A stretch of 64,000 bases of DNA from Dictyostelium discoideum (lineage: Eukaryota): assembly GCA_000004695.1 (NCBI GenBank), contig CM000152.2, positions 1,792,001 through 1,856,000 of the forward strand. Direction: 5' to 3'. The notes below the pieces were generated by a model that was not told where the DNA came from, did no database searches, and was given only the letters and a program-made list of their open reading frames with translations. Below, one piece after another: positions 1-12,865 of the stretch; within the stretch, counting starts at the first letter, position 1, and every line of letters starts with the position of its first letter. The position numbers were made by a program, and so were the translations under genes.

Positions 1-53
1 AGAATTAATAAATTAAAAATAAATAAATAAGAAAATGAAAATAATACTCTTAC

Positions 54-1012
54 ATTTTCTTCCTTAATTTCAAAAAAATCATCAAATTCACTTGGATCTT
101 CATCAAAATCTGATATTTTTTTATTTGATTTAGATTTATTTCTAGTATTAATCAAACTATTACTACCACCACCACCACTACTACTACTATTTTGTAGTTT
201 TGAAGGTTGTTTTTGTATAACTGGTGATGAAATTTCTAACTCTTCAAAACTATTAATATTATTATTATTATTATTATAATTAGTATTATTACCATTGAAA
301 TTTGTATTACTGTTTAAATTTGTCTTTTTTTGAATATTAGAATTACTATTATTATTATTATTAATATCATTATTATTATTATTATTATTATTGTTGTTGC
401 TGTTAATGTTGTTATTACCAATATTGGTTTGATTTTTTAAAGCTTGTGGTGTTGCTGGCAAAGGTTTTGATTTTGTACCACTATAATTATCAGCCACTGG
501 AATATTATTAGTATTCTTTTTAAATGAAATACCACCACCACTAGCACTATTGTTAATAATATTGTTATTATATAAAGAATTACTTCCATATGTTGGTTGA
601 ATATAACTATTATCACCATATGTATTATAGTTTATAGAGTTTTCATAGTCATCGGAATATAGATTCTTATTATTTTTACCATTACCTGAAGATATTGATG
701 TGGTAGTTGTTGTTGTTGTAGTTAGGAATGAAGTTGGTGAAATTGATGATGATGGTGGTGGTGGTGGTAGTAGTGGTGATTCTCTACTATTAATATTCTT
801 GTTATTGATATTATTATTTGTTTTTATTTTTTGTGTTGTTGTTGTTGTTGTTGTTGTTGTTGGATTGAATGATTGGTTAATATACTCTTCACTATCAATA
901 TTTGGATAATTTATTGGTTGTTGACTGATTTGTGACGATCTATTGCTTTTAGATTTAGATATAATTGGAACATACTCGTCATTGTCAATTTGGAAGTTAT
1001 TATTATTATTAA

Positions 1013-1082
<70 letters not shown>

Positions 1083-1454
1083 ACTATAATTATTATTACT
1101 ATTGTTTATATTATTATTATTATTATTGGTTGACTTTGATACTTGATATGGTGGAACAATTTTATTTGATTTTTCACTTCTTTCTTCGATTTGGTCTTGA
1201 AGATCATTTTTTCCTATCATTTTTTTATTACCATTACCACTATTATTATTATTATTATTTATATTATTATTTATATTATTATTATTTATATTATTATTTA
1301 TATTATTATTTATATTACTATTATTATTATTGCTGTTATTGTTATTATTATTATTACTACTACTACTATTGTTATTACTTTTATTACCACTATTTAATGA
1401 GCTTTTCATTTGTGAGTAAATATTTTGAATCGGGGTGAATAAATTTTTAGGCAT
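54..1454 (-). CDS. 5' coding exon of a hypothetical Asn/Ser-rich low-complexity protein. It runs from ATG (1452..1454, minus) down to a GTAAGA donor at 48..53. The gene continues beyond the window start.
   Basis: Minus-strand frame is open from the ATG at 1454 to about 54 with no in-frame stop (checked codon by codon over 48..160 and 1130..1454). The frame ends ...KEEN|gtaaga, followed by AT-rich intron-like sequence. The + strand ORFs 700..909 and 1130..1438 are antisense repeat artefacts. Confidence 0.5.
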
Positions 1455-1839
1455 GTAAAAAAAAAAAAATAAAAAATAAAAAAAAAAATAAAAATAAAAT
1501 AAATTAAATTAAAATTAATTAAAGTGGAGGTAAAAGTTGTAAAAACACAAGAAAATAAAAATAAAAATAAAAAAATAAATTAAAATTAAAAATAAATTTC
1601 TATGGAAAAACAACAAAAAAAAAAAAAAGTAATGAAAAAATAAAAGTATAGAAATTTACAGACAAACAATAATATAAAAAAAAAATAAAAAAAAATAAAA
1701 AAATAATTAAATATTGAGATTTTTGTTAAAAAATAAATAAAAAAAAAAAAAATAAAAAAAAATAAAAAAAAATAAAAATAAAAATAAATAAAAATAAAAA
1801 TAGAAGTGGTTTTGATTTATATGAAAGATTCACAAATAA

Positions 1840-1880
<41 letters not shown>

Positions 1881-2405
1881 TAAATCATTTAAATGATAAA
1901 AAAAAATAATTAGAATTAATAAAAAATTTTTTAATCATTTAATAAAAAAAAAATAAAAAAAAAAAGAAGTTATTTCTGAAAACATTTGAAACATAAATCT
2001 ATAATATCGAGTTTTATTGCTTAATTGAAAAAAATCATTATTATTTATTTTTTTTTCTTTATTTTTTTATTTTAATTTTTTTTTTTTTTTATTTGTTTTA
2101 GGAAAAGAGAAAATAAAAATAAAAATAAAAATAAAAAAATAAAATGAAATAAAACAAAAAAAAAAAAAAAAAATTAAAAAAAAAATTTTTTTGTGATGGT
2201 GTTTCGTTTTTTAGAATATTTTTTTTTTTTTTAATTTTTTTTATTTTTTTTTATTTTTTAATTTTTATTTTTTTGATGATTTTGTCATATTACATTCACA
2301 CAAAAATAATAAAAACACAATTCCATAATTTGTAGATCATTAAACAAAAAAATCAAAAAAAAAAAATCAATAAAACTCATATATATACCACATTAATAAA
2401 ATAGA
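1455..2405. promoter_or_regulatory. Divergent intergenic/promoter region between the minus-strand gene ending at 1454 and the plus-strand gene starting at 2406. It is over 90% A+T with long A and T homopolymer runs.
   Basis: No ORFs. Homopolymer tracts are present, for example T40 at 1843..1882. Two ATG starts face outward at each end. Confidence 0.4.
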
Positions 2406-3711
<1,306 letters not shown>

Positions 3712-3742
3712 ATTGATTAAATTTAAATTAAATAAAAAGAAA

Positions 3743-3783
<41 letters not shown>

Positions 3784-4020
3784 ATACAAATTGATTTTAT
3801 TTATTTATTCATTTATTTATTTAAATTCAATTTCAAAAGTCTTTTCTTAAAAATTAAATTTAATTTTATTTTAGTAACATTATTCAATTTTTCAATCAAA
3901 TAATAAATAATTATTTAAATAAAAAAAATTATAAATAATAATTATGTAATTTTAAAAAATAAAAATAAAGGATATATATATATATATTTTTTTTTTTTTT
4001 AAAAATGTTTATTAATTTAT

Positions 4021-4873
4021 TTATTTATTACAAACATTTATATATTTTTCTGCAGACCCAGTACAGTCACCCCAAATATCGGTGTAAATCAAATCTTTAT
4101 AAACTAAGCAATTGAATTTATCAGATTGAGTAATTTCAAGCATTGTTGTATTACAATTTAATGAATATGAACTTGATAAACCATTAGCAAAACATTGATT
4201 TAATGGTGTGAATTTTATATAATCAAAATTTTGTTTCCAGCCATTGTTATTGCAATCACCATGGTATTGAATTTCAACATAGGTATCTTTTGGAATTTCA
4301 ATATCATCCATTTCAATAACTGTATACATATATGGACTTGATAAACAATCATTAACACATTCATATGGTTTAAACCATTGAATTATTCCTTCTCTATATT
4401 TTATTTGAAAAAAAGTTTAGGTTAATATAATTTTTTTTTTTTTTTTATTTTTTTTTTTTATTTTTTTTTATTTTAATTAAAATCAATTAATACTCTCCAC
4501 ATTGAGCAGCAGAAGTTTTTTTAATTGTTCCATTATCAAAGTCAATTGAATAGGTTTCTCCAGTTGAAACAATACATGTATCTAAACGAATATAAGTTTC
4601 TGTTACCAATTCACCATTATCACATAAACTTTCAAATGAACTTTCAGAACCTGGTAAAACACCACCACCATCAACACTTCCTAATCTTTTATTTTCTTCT
4701 AATAAACTAAAACTACCACTACCTGTCAAACTACCTTGTGAGTCACTACTGCTATGTGGTTTGTTGCACCCAACAACATCATATTGGAAAGTCTTTAGTG
4801 AAAGTAAACTTTCACTATAAACAATGTTTACAAATAAAAAAATTAATGCAATTAATGAAAATAATAATTTCAT
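4021..4873 (-). CDS. Secreted cysteine-containing hypothetical protein (about 250 aa) with an N-terminal signal peptide; 2 exons join(4021..4393,4494..4873).
   Basis: ATG at 4873 gives MKLLFSLIALIFLFVNIVYS (signal-peptide-like). The read-through ORF stops at 4487. A phase-2 splice GGAGA|gtattaatt (donor GT at 4493/4492) to aaatatag|A (acceptor AG at 4395/4394) joins the 128-aa and 102-aa ORFs in frame: ..AAQCGE-EGIIQWFKPYECVNDC... The intron is 100 nt and AT-rich. Total 753 nt = 251 codons. Confidence 0.45.
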
Positions 4874-4952
4874 TTTATTTTTTCAGATATATATATATTT
4901 TTTTTTAGAAAAATAATAATTAAAAAAAAAAAAAAAAAATTTTATTATTATT

Positions 4953-5008
<56 letters not shown>

Positions 5009-5149
5009 ATGATTAAAATATCTTTTGATTTTTCTTCACCTATAAATTTTTTTTTTTAACCACAAAAATTTTAAGAAAACGTTAACCAAACATCATAATT
5101 TATTGGGTTTTGGGAAAGTGACAAGAATTGTATAAAAATAAAATATCAA

Positions 5150-5410
5150 CTAAAATATTAAAATTAGAAAAGTCAACAGAAAATAAATATCTTTTAAATG
5201 ACGTAAGAAAATAAATTATACTAAAACTAAATAGAAAAAATAAAAAAATAAAAAATTGAGATAAAATTAAAATATTAAAATTGGAAATATCAATTGAAAA
5301 ATAAAAAAAAAAAAAAAAGAAAAAATCTCTTTAATATGACGTGCCAATATAAATTTTATTGAAAAAAAAAAAATATCTATTAGTTGACGTGCAAATATAA
5401 ATTTGGTTGA
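5150..5410. promoter_or_regulatory. Three spaced copies of a TGACGT(A/G)-containing ~25-bp motif embedded in about 100-bp degenerate tandem units. They lie 480-690 bp upstream of the Nse1-like gene.
   Basis: aaatgacgtaagaaaataaatta (about 5198), atatgacgtgccaatataaatttt (about 5334) and agttgacgtgcaaatataaatttgg (about 5383). Each is preceded by atattaaaatt[ag]gaaa...caa-type sequence. TGACGT is the CRE/bZIP half-site core. Confidence 0.3.
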
Positions 5411-5742
5411 AATAAAAAAAAAAAAAGGAAAAGGAAAAAATGATCGCAATAACTTTTTTTTTTTTTTTTTTTTTTGTAATAAAATTCATACTTACTTATT
5501 CGATTTTTTAAATATAATTTGTAATTTTTATTTTGAAGAGAGAAATGAGTGGGGAATAAAAGAAAGAATTGATTCAATTTTTTTTTTTTTTAAGTTTTTT
5601 AAAATTATTTTTATTTTAATATTTAATTGTTTTTTTTTAAAAAAAGATAAATGGTGGCAGAATAAAAAATCTATATTTTTATATAAATATATTCCCTTAT
5701 CATTGTTTTATTTTTTTTATTTTTTATTTTTATTTTTATTTT

Positions 5743-5776
<34 letters not shown>

Positions 5777-5886
5777 CAACACGCGAAAAATTTTGAAAAT
5801 AATCCAACTATTATTAAATTTAAAAATAAATATATATATATATTTTTTTTTTTTATAATTGTGCATATACATTGATATAAATATAA

Positions 5887-6899
5887 ATGAGTAGAAGATC
5901 ACAACCACAACAAAATTCTCAATCACAAAGACCACAACCACCTTCACAATCAAGGAGTAATAATAATAGTAATAATAATTATAATAATAGATATGAACCA
6001 ACAGATGGTGATGATGATGAAATTGAATATAATGCACAACATAGATTATTATTAGATCAATTTACAAAACGTAGAATTATTAGTACAGAAACATTAAAGA
6101 AACTAGTGATGACAGTTAATAGAATAACACAAGTAAACATTTCATTAGATGATTATATCAATTCATTAAATTCAAAAATTATGGAAGTTGGCTTACAAAT
6201 TAAAATTTTAAATACTGATGGTATAAATGATTATATTTTAACAAATCTCAAACCAGATGAATGTGCAAGATATGCTACTCATTATTCTGGTGATGAATTG
6301 AAATTCTTTAAATTAATTGTAAAATTTTTCATTATTAATTAATAATATAATAATAATAAATAATAATAAATAATAATAATAATAATAATATTAATTAAAA
6401 ATATAATCTATATTTGAATTTAAAATTTAGTTAAAAATGTTTATAGAATCAAGAGTTGGATTAAAAAAAAATGATATTTTAACATTAGGTAGAGATGAGC
6501 TTAAAATTAAATTGTCAGATGCAGATAATTTGTTTAGAAAATTTGCAGAGGATGGTTGGTTAAGATTATCAGCATCCAAATCATTCACAACATTAACAAA
6601 TAGAGCTTTATCAGATATGGCACCATTACTTGATGGTATTCCAAACTGTGCATTATGTCATACAATTTGTGTTTTATTAGAAGTAAGTATTGATTATATC
6701 TATACTATAAAATTTTTTTTTTTAAAAATAATTTATTAATTTTTTTTTTTTTTTTTGTTTTTTAATTTTTTCCCTTTAGGATGAAAGTGTTCAATGTCCA
6801 AATGAAGATTGTGCTGTAATGCACTCTCATTGTGCAGAAGGATGGTTTAAAGCAAATAAAAATAAATGTCCATCTTGTTCGACAAGAATGGATTTTTAA
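5887..6899 (+). CDS. Nse1 (non-SMC element 1; RING-like subunit of the SMC5/6 complex) homologue, 3 exons: join(5887..6318,6431..6682,6780..6899), about 267 aa.
   Basis: ATG at 5887. Donors ATT|gtaaaa (6319) and GAA|gtaagt (6683). Acceptors tttag|TTAAAAATG (6431) and ccctttag|GATGAAAGT (6780). Stop TAA at 6897..6899. The C-terminus CALCHTICVLLEDESVQCPNEDCAVMHSHCAEGWFKANKNKCPSCSTRMDF matches the Nse1 variant RING (C.LCH...C..C..MH..C........CP.C). Confidence 0.55.
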
Positions 6900-7286
6900 A
6901 AATGTAATTTCTTTCTTTTTAAAAATGTAATTTTTTTTTAATTTTAATTAATAATTGTGTTGCCTTTGGGTTATGTTAAATGATGGAATGAAAAGGAAAT
7001 TATCACCATTTTGGATCTTTCGACTTTCTTAATGAATGGTCAAAAATTGAGTCCAATTTATTTTGAAATTTCAAAGTTTATTAATAATCAACTCTATGAT
7101 AACAATCGGTGATGTAAGGACTGGCATTCTGGTTAATGGTAGTTATATGAACACCTTTCTCTCCAAGAATTCATCGAAAAAAAAATAAAAGATATTAAAT
7201 GAATTAAAATATCATTTTCTAGTTTTTTTTTTCTTTTTTTTTTTTTTTATTATTATTATAATTAATATTTTGTGTGTTTGTTTTTA

Positions 7287-7456
7287 TATTCTGGTCAAAA
7301 TAGTAGGATGGTGTATATAGTAATCACCCTTAAAGATACTCAAAATAGAGAAATGAAATTTAAATTTCATGAAACTTTTTTAAATTTTCATTACAATATT
7401 AGGATTCGAAACTTTTTCTCTGGAATTATCTAAATCTTTTTTTATTTTATCGTCGG
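7287..7456 (-). mobile_element. Decayed relic related to the TRE5 B-module/ORF1 5' region, a pre-existing older layer at this tRNA locus; the homology is continuous with the adjacent 7457..7470 flank copy.
   Basis: 7421..7470 ctggaattatctaaatctttttttattttatcgtcggattggtgattaatc closely resembles TRE5-A ORF1 5' sequence ttttttctaaatctttttttattttatcgtctggttcgtgattgatg (7687..7733; the first 36 nt of this relic segment lie in this feature). The rest is a diverged, partly alignable continuation. Confidence 0.25.
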
Positions 7457-7470
7457 ATTGGTGATTAATC
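7457..7470. repeat. 14-bp direct repeat attggtgattaatc, copy 1 of 3. Putative target-site duplication at the 3' end of TRE5-A copy 1.
   Basis: Identical 14-mers at 7457..7470, 13334..13347 and 15950..15963. Each abuts an element end: C-module oligo(A) on one side, A-module 5' terminus on the other. Confidence 0.5.
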
Positions 7471-7582
7471 TTTTTTTTTTTTGAATTGGATAACGCAATT
7501 ATTATTTGCTTCTCCTTGAGATGCTAGATCTCATTTTATTTTATTTTTTTTTTTTTTTTTTACAGGGTCTCTAAAAGAGGGG

Positions 7583-7907
7583 TTAGTTTACTTTTTTTTT
7601 TTTTTTTTTTTTTTGTTTCGAATTTTGAATTGTATTATTACTTTTGATTAAAACATCTTTTTTGTCCAAACTTTTTTCTAAATCTTTTTTTATTTTATCG
7701 TCTGGTTCGTGATTGATGTTTATGACGTATTTGAATTGTTTTTTTTTTAATTGAGTTTTATCCACAATTTCGCTTATTTTTTGTAGGCATTTGTGTTGCT
7801 TAATATTTGTGGGGTTGTTTGTGATTTTCATTTTATTTTCTTTCTATTTTTTATATTTTTCTTTAAAAAGTTAAAAATCTGGAAATTTTCTGATTAACTT
7901 GGGTTCC

Positions 7908-7912
<5 letters not shown>
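7583..7912 (-). repeat. 3' B-module duplicate of copy 1, carrying the ORF1 start and the first ~63 ORF1 codons followed by oligo(A).
   Basis: ORF 7583..7831 MKITNNPTNIKQHKCLQK... is identical to the ORF1 N-terminus. It is preceded by cctgggaacccaagttaatcagaaaatttccag as at 12785..12830. Confidence 0.7.
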
Positions 7913-7974
<62 letters not shown>

Positions 7975-10900
7975 TTATTTATAGAAAGTACTGAGTGAAT
8001 TATTGTATTTTTTGAGATGTTTAGGAAGTTCTATTGCGTGAAGAGGTGAGTTCCATTGTCTGCTAAATTGTAATAGCTTTAGCGAGATTAGTGAGTCTAA
8101 TTTATTTTGTTCTTCTGGCCGTTGCTTTGATTTGATTCTTAATGTTTTGTTTATAACCGCTTGTGTCCTGTCCCATGCAGCTCTTTGTGTTTTAATTAGT
8201 TCACGTATGACTTGTTGTCTGTGAATTATTATTTCTTTTTCATCGTGAATGAGTTTATTTCTTTTGTGCCAGATTTTATCGAATATAATAGCTATTAAAT
8301 TGGCTACTAGTGCAATTTGTAGATGGTTTAAAATCTTCACATTCCAGGTGTGAGTGGTGTGTCCACACTTAGTTAGGGTGTAGTTGAAGATTTCTTGTGT
8401 GTTTTTGATGTGGGCTTTGCAGTTGAAGAATATATGTTCTGAGGTCTCATCTTCCCCACACTGTTGGCATGGCATGTTGTATATTTTTGGTAGTGCTTTC
8501 AGTGTGTATCTCCATAATAGATCTCTACCTTTCATGTTTATTATTTTTTTGATTTCTTTAAATGGAAGGTGTTTGCTATTAATTTTGGTCATTATTTCTT
8601 TTTGGCCAGGAGTTGGTATGAATTTGTTGTGTTCAGGAGATTGAGTTGTCATCATATCCTCGTATATTTTTTTTAATTTTGGGAGGTGTTCGTAGTGTGT
8701 TTGTTTATTTTGTGGAGTTTTTAATTGGGTCCATGCTTGCTTGCATTGCCAGTGTAGTTGTAGTTGATTTTGTTTTGTTGTTGTTTTGTTGTTGTTGTTG
8801 TTTTTGAGTTCCTCTTCCCACAGTTTTATATATGAACTAGGAGTGTTACTTACTCTTTGGTGGAGGTATCTTTCGAATAACCATGCTTTCTGTGCTAGTT
8901 CTCTTGTCTTCAGGTTCCATAAGTTTAGGCCACCATTGATATAGTTGTTTTGTCTTCTTTGTAGTGAAAGAGAGTTTTTAGATTTTGTGTTGAAAACGAA
9001 TTTTACGATGTTATTTTCAATACTATTGTGTTGTGGTGTGGTGTTGATGTAAGTGTGGAACGTTAACTGAGATAGTGCATATGTTTTTGCCATTATGAGT
9101 CTGCCCATATAGGTTGATGAAGTTGAGTTCCATGTTACTAGTTTAGCTCTGATGTTGTCTGAGATTGTATTGATTTTGGATTTGATACCCTTATTGTTGA
9201 AGTCAAAGCCGAGGTACCTTTCGTTTGATTTTATGACGGTGTATAGCGTTCTGGTGTTCCATTTGAAAGTGATACACGAGCATTTGGTTTGGTTTATTTT
9301 TGCGCTGGTTGCTTGGCAAAACTTCTTGATCCATTCATTCATGAGGAAATGGTCCATAAAGTTGTATGCTATTGTTGCTGTATCATCGGCGAACTGTAGT
9401 ATTTTAATGGTTTCTTTGGTTACACCATTGATGCAGCGGTCATTTATTATAGTAGTTGCCATGCATTCAACCACTAATGCGAAGATAGTGGGAGAGATAG
9501 GATCCCCTTGTTTGGTTCCTCTTTTTGATGTAAAGCTTTTAGATAATGAGTTATTGATGTACCCTGATGTTTCTGATTCATTGAGTAAGTTCATTATTGT
9601 GAGGACCATTTTGAGTGGTAGTTTTAGATGTGCAAGAGTACGTAGAATGGCGTTATGTGAGATTGAATCGAATGCTTTTTCAAAATCATAAAATGTTATG
9701 ATTGGTTCCATATCCTCTTTTGTGTTAATCTCTCGTTTTATTATTTCTATTGTTGAGTTTAAGGTGATGATGTTATCGTGCAGTAGTCTTCTTGGTACGA
9801 ATCCAGTTTGGAATGGTGAGATTATTTTGTTTAAGAACTTCAGGATCCTATTGTTGATTATTTTCGAATAGATTTTGTAATCGACATTTAGAAGTGTTAT
9901 TGGTCTATAGTTATCCAGGTTGTTTGGGTCTCCTTTGTTTTTATATATAGTAATCAATATCCCTTGTTTGAAGTCCTTTGGGATTGTTGTGTTCCAGAAG
10001 TGATTGTATAGTTTTGATATTATTGGTAGAATTTCATTAATGTGGTTTTTGTAAAATGTTGGAAGGAGTCCATCTTTACCAGGTGCTTTTCCTTCTTGTA
10101 TTTTTTCAATGCCTAGTCTGATTTCGTATTCTTCTATTGGTTGATTAATTTCGTCCAATATCTTTTGATCAATCCTTTTATTGAATGTTTTTAGGAGTTC
10201 GTGGTGAGTGTCTTCGTTGCATTCTCTCTTCTGGTACAGGTTCTCGTAATATCTTCTTGCTACTTCGAGGATATCCTCGTTTTTTGTTACCAAACAATTG
10301 TTGCTTGGATCTAGAATTTGAGGGATTTCATTTGTCTTTCTTTGGACTTTTCACCTTCTGGTTAAGTATTTTGATGGTGTTTCTTTGTTGTTGATGTGGG
10401 TGTTGGTTTGGTTTGCTTGTTTTATTCTTACTTGTTCCTTTAGAATATTGTTGATCTCTTCTTTAAGGAAGATTGCTCTTGAATCTTTGGCTGTTTCGAG
10501 TTTTTCTGCGAGTTCTTTTAGTTTGTTTTTGGTTTTATTGCTTTCTCTAATTTCTATATTAATTGACAGTTTCTTTATTTCATCTTTTAGTTTCAACCAT
10601 TGTTCGCAAATGTTTAATTTGTACCATTTGCTGGTGTTCTCTTCGAATTTTTTATTGTAGTATTTAATTGTTTTATTAATTTTGAGGCTGGTTGAATTCA
10701 TTTTGAGAGTTTCTAGGTTTTGTCTCCATAGTCTTTCTCCTTTCTTTTGTTGCTCGTATTCTGGTATTTTTAATTCAATGATTACCATGTTGTGATCAGA
10801 TTTTAATTTGATTTCCTTAGTAGTAACTATTGGGTTTAGATGGAGTATCTTCTTTGAGACAAAGACCCTATCGATGGTTGATTTGTTTCTTGGAAATGTG

Positions 10901-11196
10901 ATTCCATTCTTAATTTCTGTAAATTCGAATTCGTCGAAGATTGTTTTAATATATTTGTTAAGGTTATTATCCACTGAACAGTCTACATTGAAGTCTCCAG
11001 TTATAATATCGCTGTGTAGTATTTCTTCTGTGAGATTTTCCTTATACCATTCATGTCTTTCGTTTGACTTTGCTGGGGCATAAATGGTTGTGCATTTGAT
11101 CTGTGTTTTTGCAATCATCCATTCGGAAGATATAATTCTTTCGTTTATTGTTTTTGTTGTTGTTTTTATTTGGGTGTTGATGATGATTTGTGACAC
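7975..11196 (-). CDS. TRE5-A ORF2 (AP-endonuclease + reverse transcriptase + CCHC zinc knuckle), copy 1. It is a single reading frame interrupted by one in-frame TGA at 10351..10353, so this copy is probably inactive.
   Basis: ORFs 10351..11196 (EN: TGDFNVDCS) and 7975..10293 (RT: FADDTATIA; CQQCGEDETSEH) are in the same frame, since 11196-10293=903. The codons between them (KVQRKTNEIPQILDPSNNCL) contain no further stop. The M residues in the ORF track here are GTG/TTG, not ATG. The ORF2 frame is open upstream and overlaps the ORF1 end. Confidence 0.8.
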
Positions 11197-11408
11197 CCCT
11201 TGTCCTGTTTTATCAATTGGTGCGTGGTGTGTTATTTTGTTTTTATATTGTTGATTTATTGAGTAAATTTTATTTGTTTTTATATTTGTTTCAGTTAGAA
11301 GTGCTGCGTCCAGCTTGTTGTTGTCTAATACGGTGTTTATTATGCTGGCAGATTGGATGGTGTTGGATCCTTGGACGTTCCAAACACCTATTCTTATTGT
11401 GTTTTTCT

Positions 11409-12743
11409 TTATAGTTTTATTTGGGGTAGATTTTTATCTACCTTTTGAAGTTTCTGGTTTATTTTGTCTTCTAACTGATCTTTACTTTGTTCGTTGTGTT
11501 GTTGGTCTTGTGTGTTTGTGGGGTTTTTTGATTTACTGATTTGTTTTAGAATTTCCTTGTTGAAGTTGTCTATATCTTCATCCATTTTTGTTTTTATGCT
11601 TTTTTGTCCATATTCACCCAATTTTGGTTTGACTGGTGTTTTGTTGGTCCTGTTTGTTTTGTCTTGTTGTTTGTTTTTTGGTGTGTTTAACAATTTACTT
11701 GGTGAATCGATAATTTTCGATGGTGTACCATAGGTTGGGCTGAAACTCATGATATGTTTTATTGGAGAGGAGAAGAACCATTGATTTGAAGGGATTGAAA
11801 GTGGGAATTCTATTTTTCTTATTGCATCAGTGTTTGGGCTGGTGAAGTCGAAGATATCATTTACCTCTCTAAGTTTTTCTTCCGTTGTTAGTCTCTTTGT
11901 TTCGCCGTGTTGTTTTATTGGTGTATTGTATGGAGATGGTGGTTCAATAGGTTTTTCTGATTTTGTTTTAATTTCTTGATTGTTTATCGATTGGGTATTG
12001 ATCTCATTCTCTATTCTTGTTAGTTCATCTACGTTTTCTAGTGATGCATCTATTACCTTTTGAGCTGTATCATCTAGGGCCATAAATGTTTTATCATTAG
12101 ATGAGGAGGTGATTGGTGGGATAATGATTGTTCTTTTTCCTTGTTTTGGTATTTGTTCTGATGTAGATTGTGGTTGTTGTTCATCTGATTGTTTTTTATT
12201 TTTGTTTTCTTCTTGATTTTCTGGTAATGAGGTTTGATCTCTCCATCCTTTGTTGGAGTGACCAATTAATGTTAGATTGTCTAGTTCAATGATAGTGTCA
12301 TATTCTTCTACGACTCTTTTCACTGTTTTGATAATTAGAGTTTCGCCTTTAATTTCAGATTTAATTAGTTTACATCCTTCATTTTCTATTACCCATTCTA
12401 TTTCTGTGAGTGATTTATACCAATCGAAATCCGTATACATATTTTTTGGTCTTAGAGTGGTTATAAATTGTCCTTTTAATTCTGCATCGAACATATTTAC
12501 AAAATAGATTACTGTACTAATACTGTCTGTGAGAATTTTGAATGTATTATTACTTTTGATTAAAACATCTTTTTTGTCCAAACTTTTTTCTAAATCTTTT
12601 TTTATTTTATCGTCTGGTTCGTGATTGATGTTTATGACGTATTTGAATTGTTTTTTTTTTAATTGAGTTTTATCCACAATTTCGCTTATTTTTTGTAGGC
12701 ATTTGTGTTGCTTAATATTTGTGGTGTTGTTTGTGATTTTCAT
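11409..12743 (-). CDS. TRE5-A ORF1 protein (444 aa), copy 1.
   Basis: Complete ORF MKITNNTTNIKQHKCLQK... Its first ~63 codons are duplicated in the 3' B-module copies at 7583..7831 and 13445..13648. It is about 98% identical to the copy-2 ORF1. Confidence 0.8.
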   Translation of the reverse strand: MKITNNTTNIKQHKCLQKISEIVDKTQLKKKQFKYVININHEPDDKIKKDLEKSLDKKDVLIKSNNTFKILTDSISTVIYFVNMFDAELKGQFITTLRPKNMYTDFDWYKSLTEIEWVIENEGCKLIKSEIKGETLIIKTVKRVVEEYDTIIELDNLTLIGHSNKGWRDQTSLPENQEENKNKKQSDEQQPQSTSEQIPKQGKRTIIIPPITSSSNDKTFMALDDTAQKVIDASLENVDELTRIENEINTQSINNQEIKTKSEKPIEPPSPYNTPIKQHGETKRLTTEEKLREVNDIFDFTSPNTDAIRKIEFPLSIPSNQWFFSSPIKHIMSFSPTYGTPSKIIDSPSKLLNTPKNKQQDKTNRTNKTPVKPKLGEYGQKSIKTKMDEDIDNFNKEILKQISKSKNPTNTQDQQHNEQSKDQLEDKINQKLQKVDKNLPQIKL

Positions 12744-12819
12744 TTTATTTTCTTTCTATCTTTTATATTTTTCTTTAAAAAGTTAAAAATCTGGAAATTT
12801 TCTGATTAACTTGGGTTCC

Positions 12820-12864
<45 letters not shown>

Positions 12865-12865
<1 letters not shown>

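Noticed and set aside
700-1438. Plus-strand ORFs 700..909, 1130..1438, 1191..1397. Likewise 25138..25582, 29023..29539, 40745..41084, 43483..44075, 51927..52175, 60130..60465.
   Set aside because: They translate to poly-V/L/I/Y/F runs and lie antisense to, or in alternative frames of, Asn/Gln/Ser codon repeats of real genes on the other strand. These are repeat artefacts.
7395-7425. tRNA-like T-loop sequence ggattcgaaac / gtttcgaatcc suggesting a second tRNA next to the retrotransposon.
   Set aside because: I could not build an acceptor or T-stem around it on either strand. It is probably a chance match inside the TRE5-like relic.
10293-11196. ORF-track M residues taken as true initiation codons (e.g. 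at 10293, 11196, 30051, 20332, 16384).
   Set aside because: The underlying codons are TTG/GTG (rc caa/cac on the + strand). The track uses alternative starts. True starts were re-derived from ATG, upstream exons or the continuous frame.
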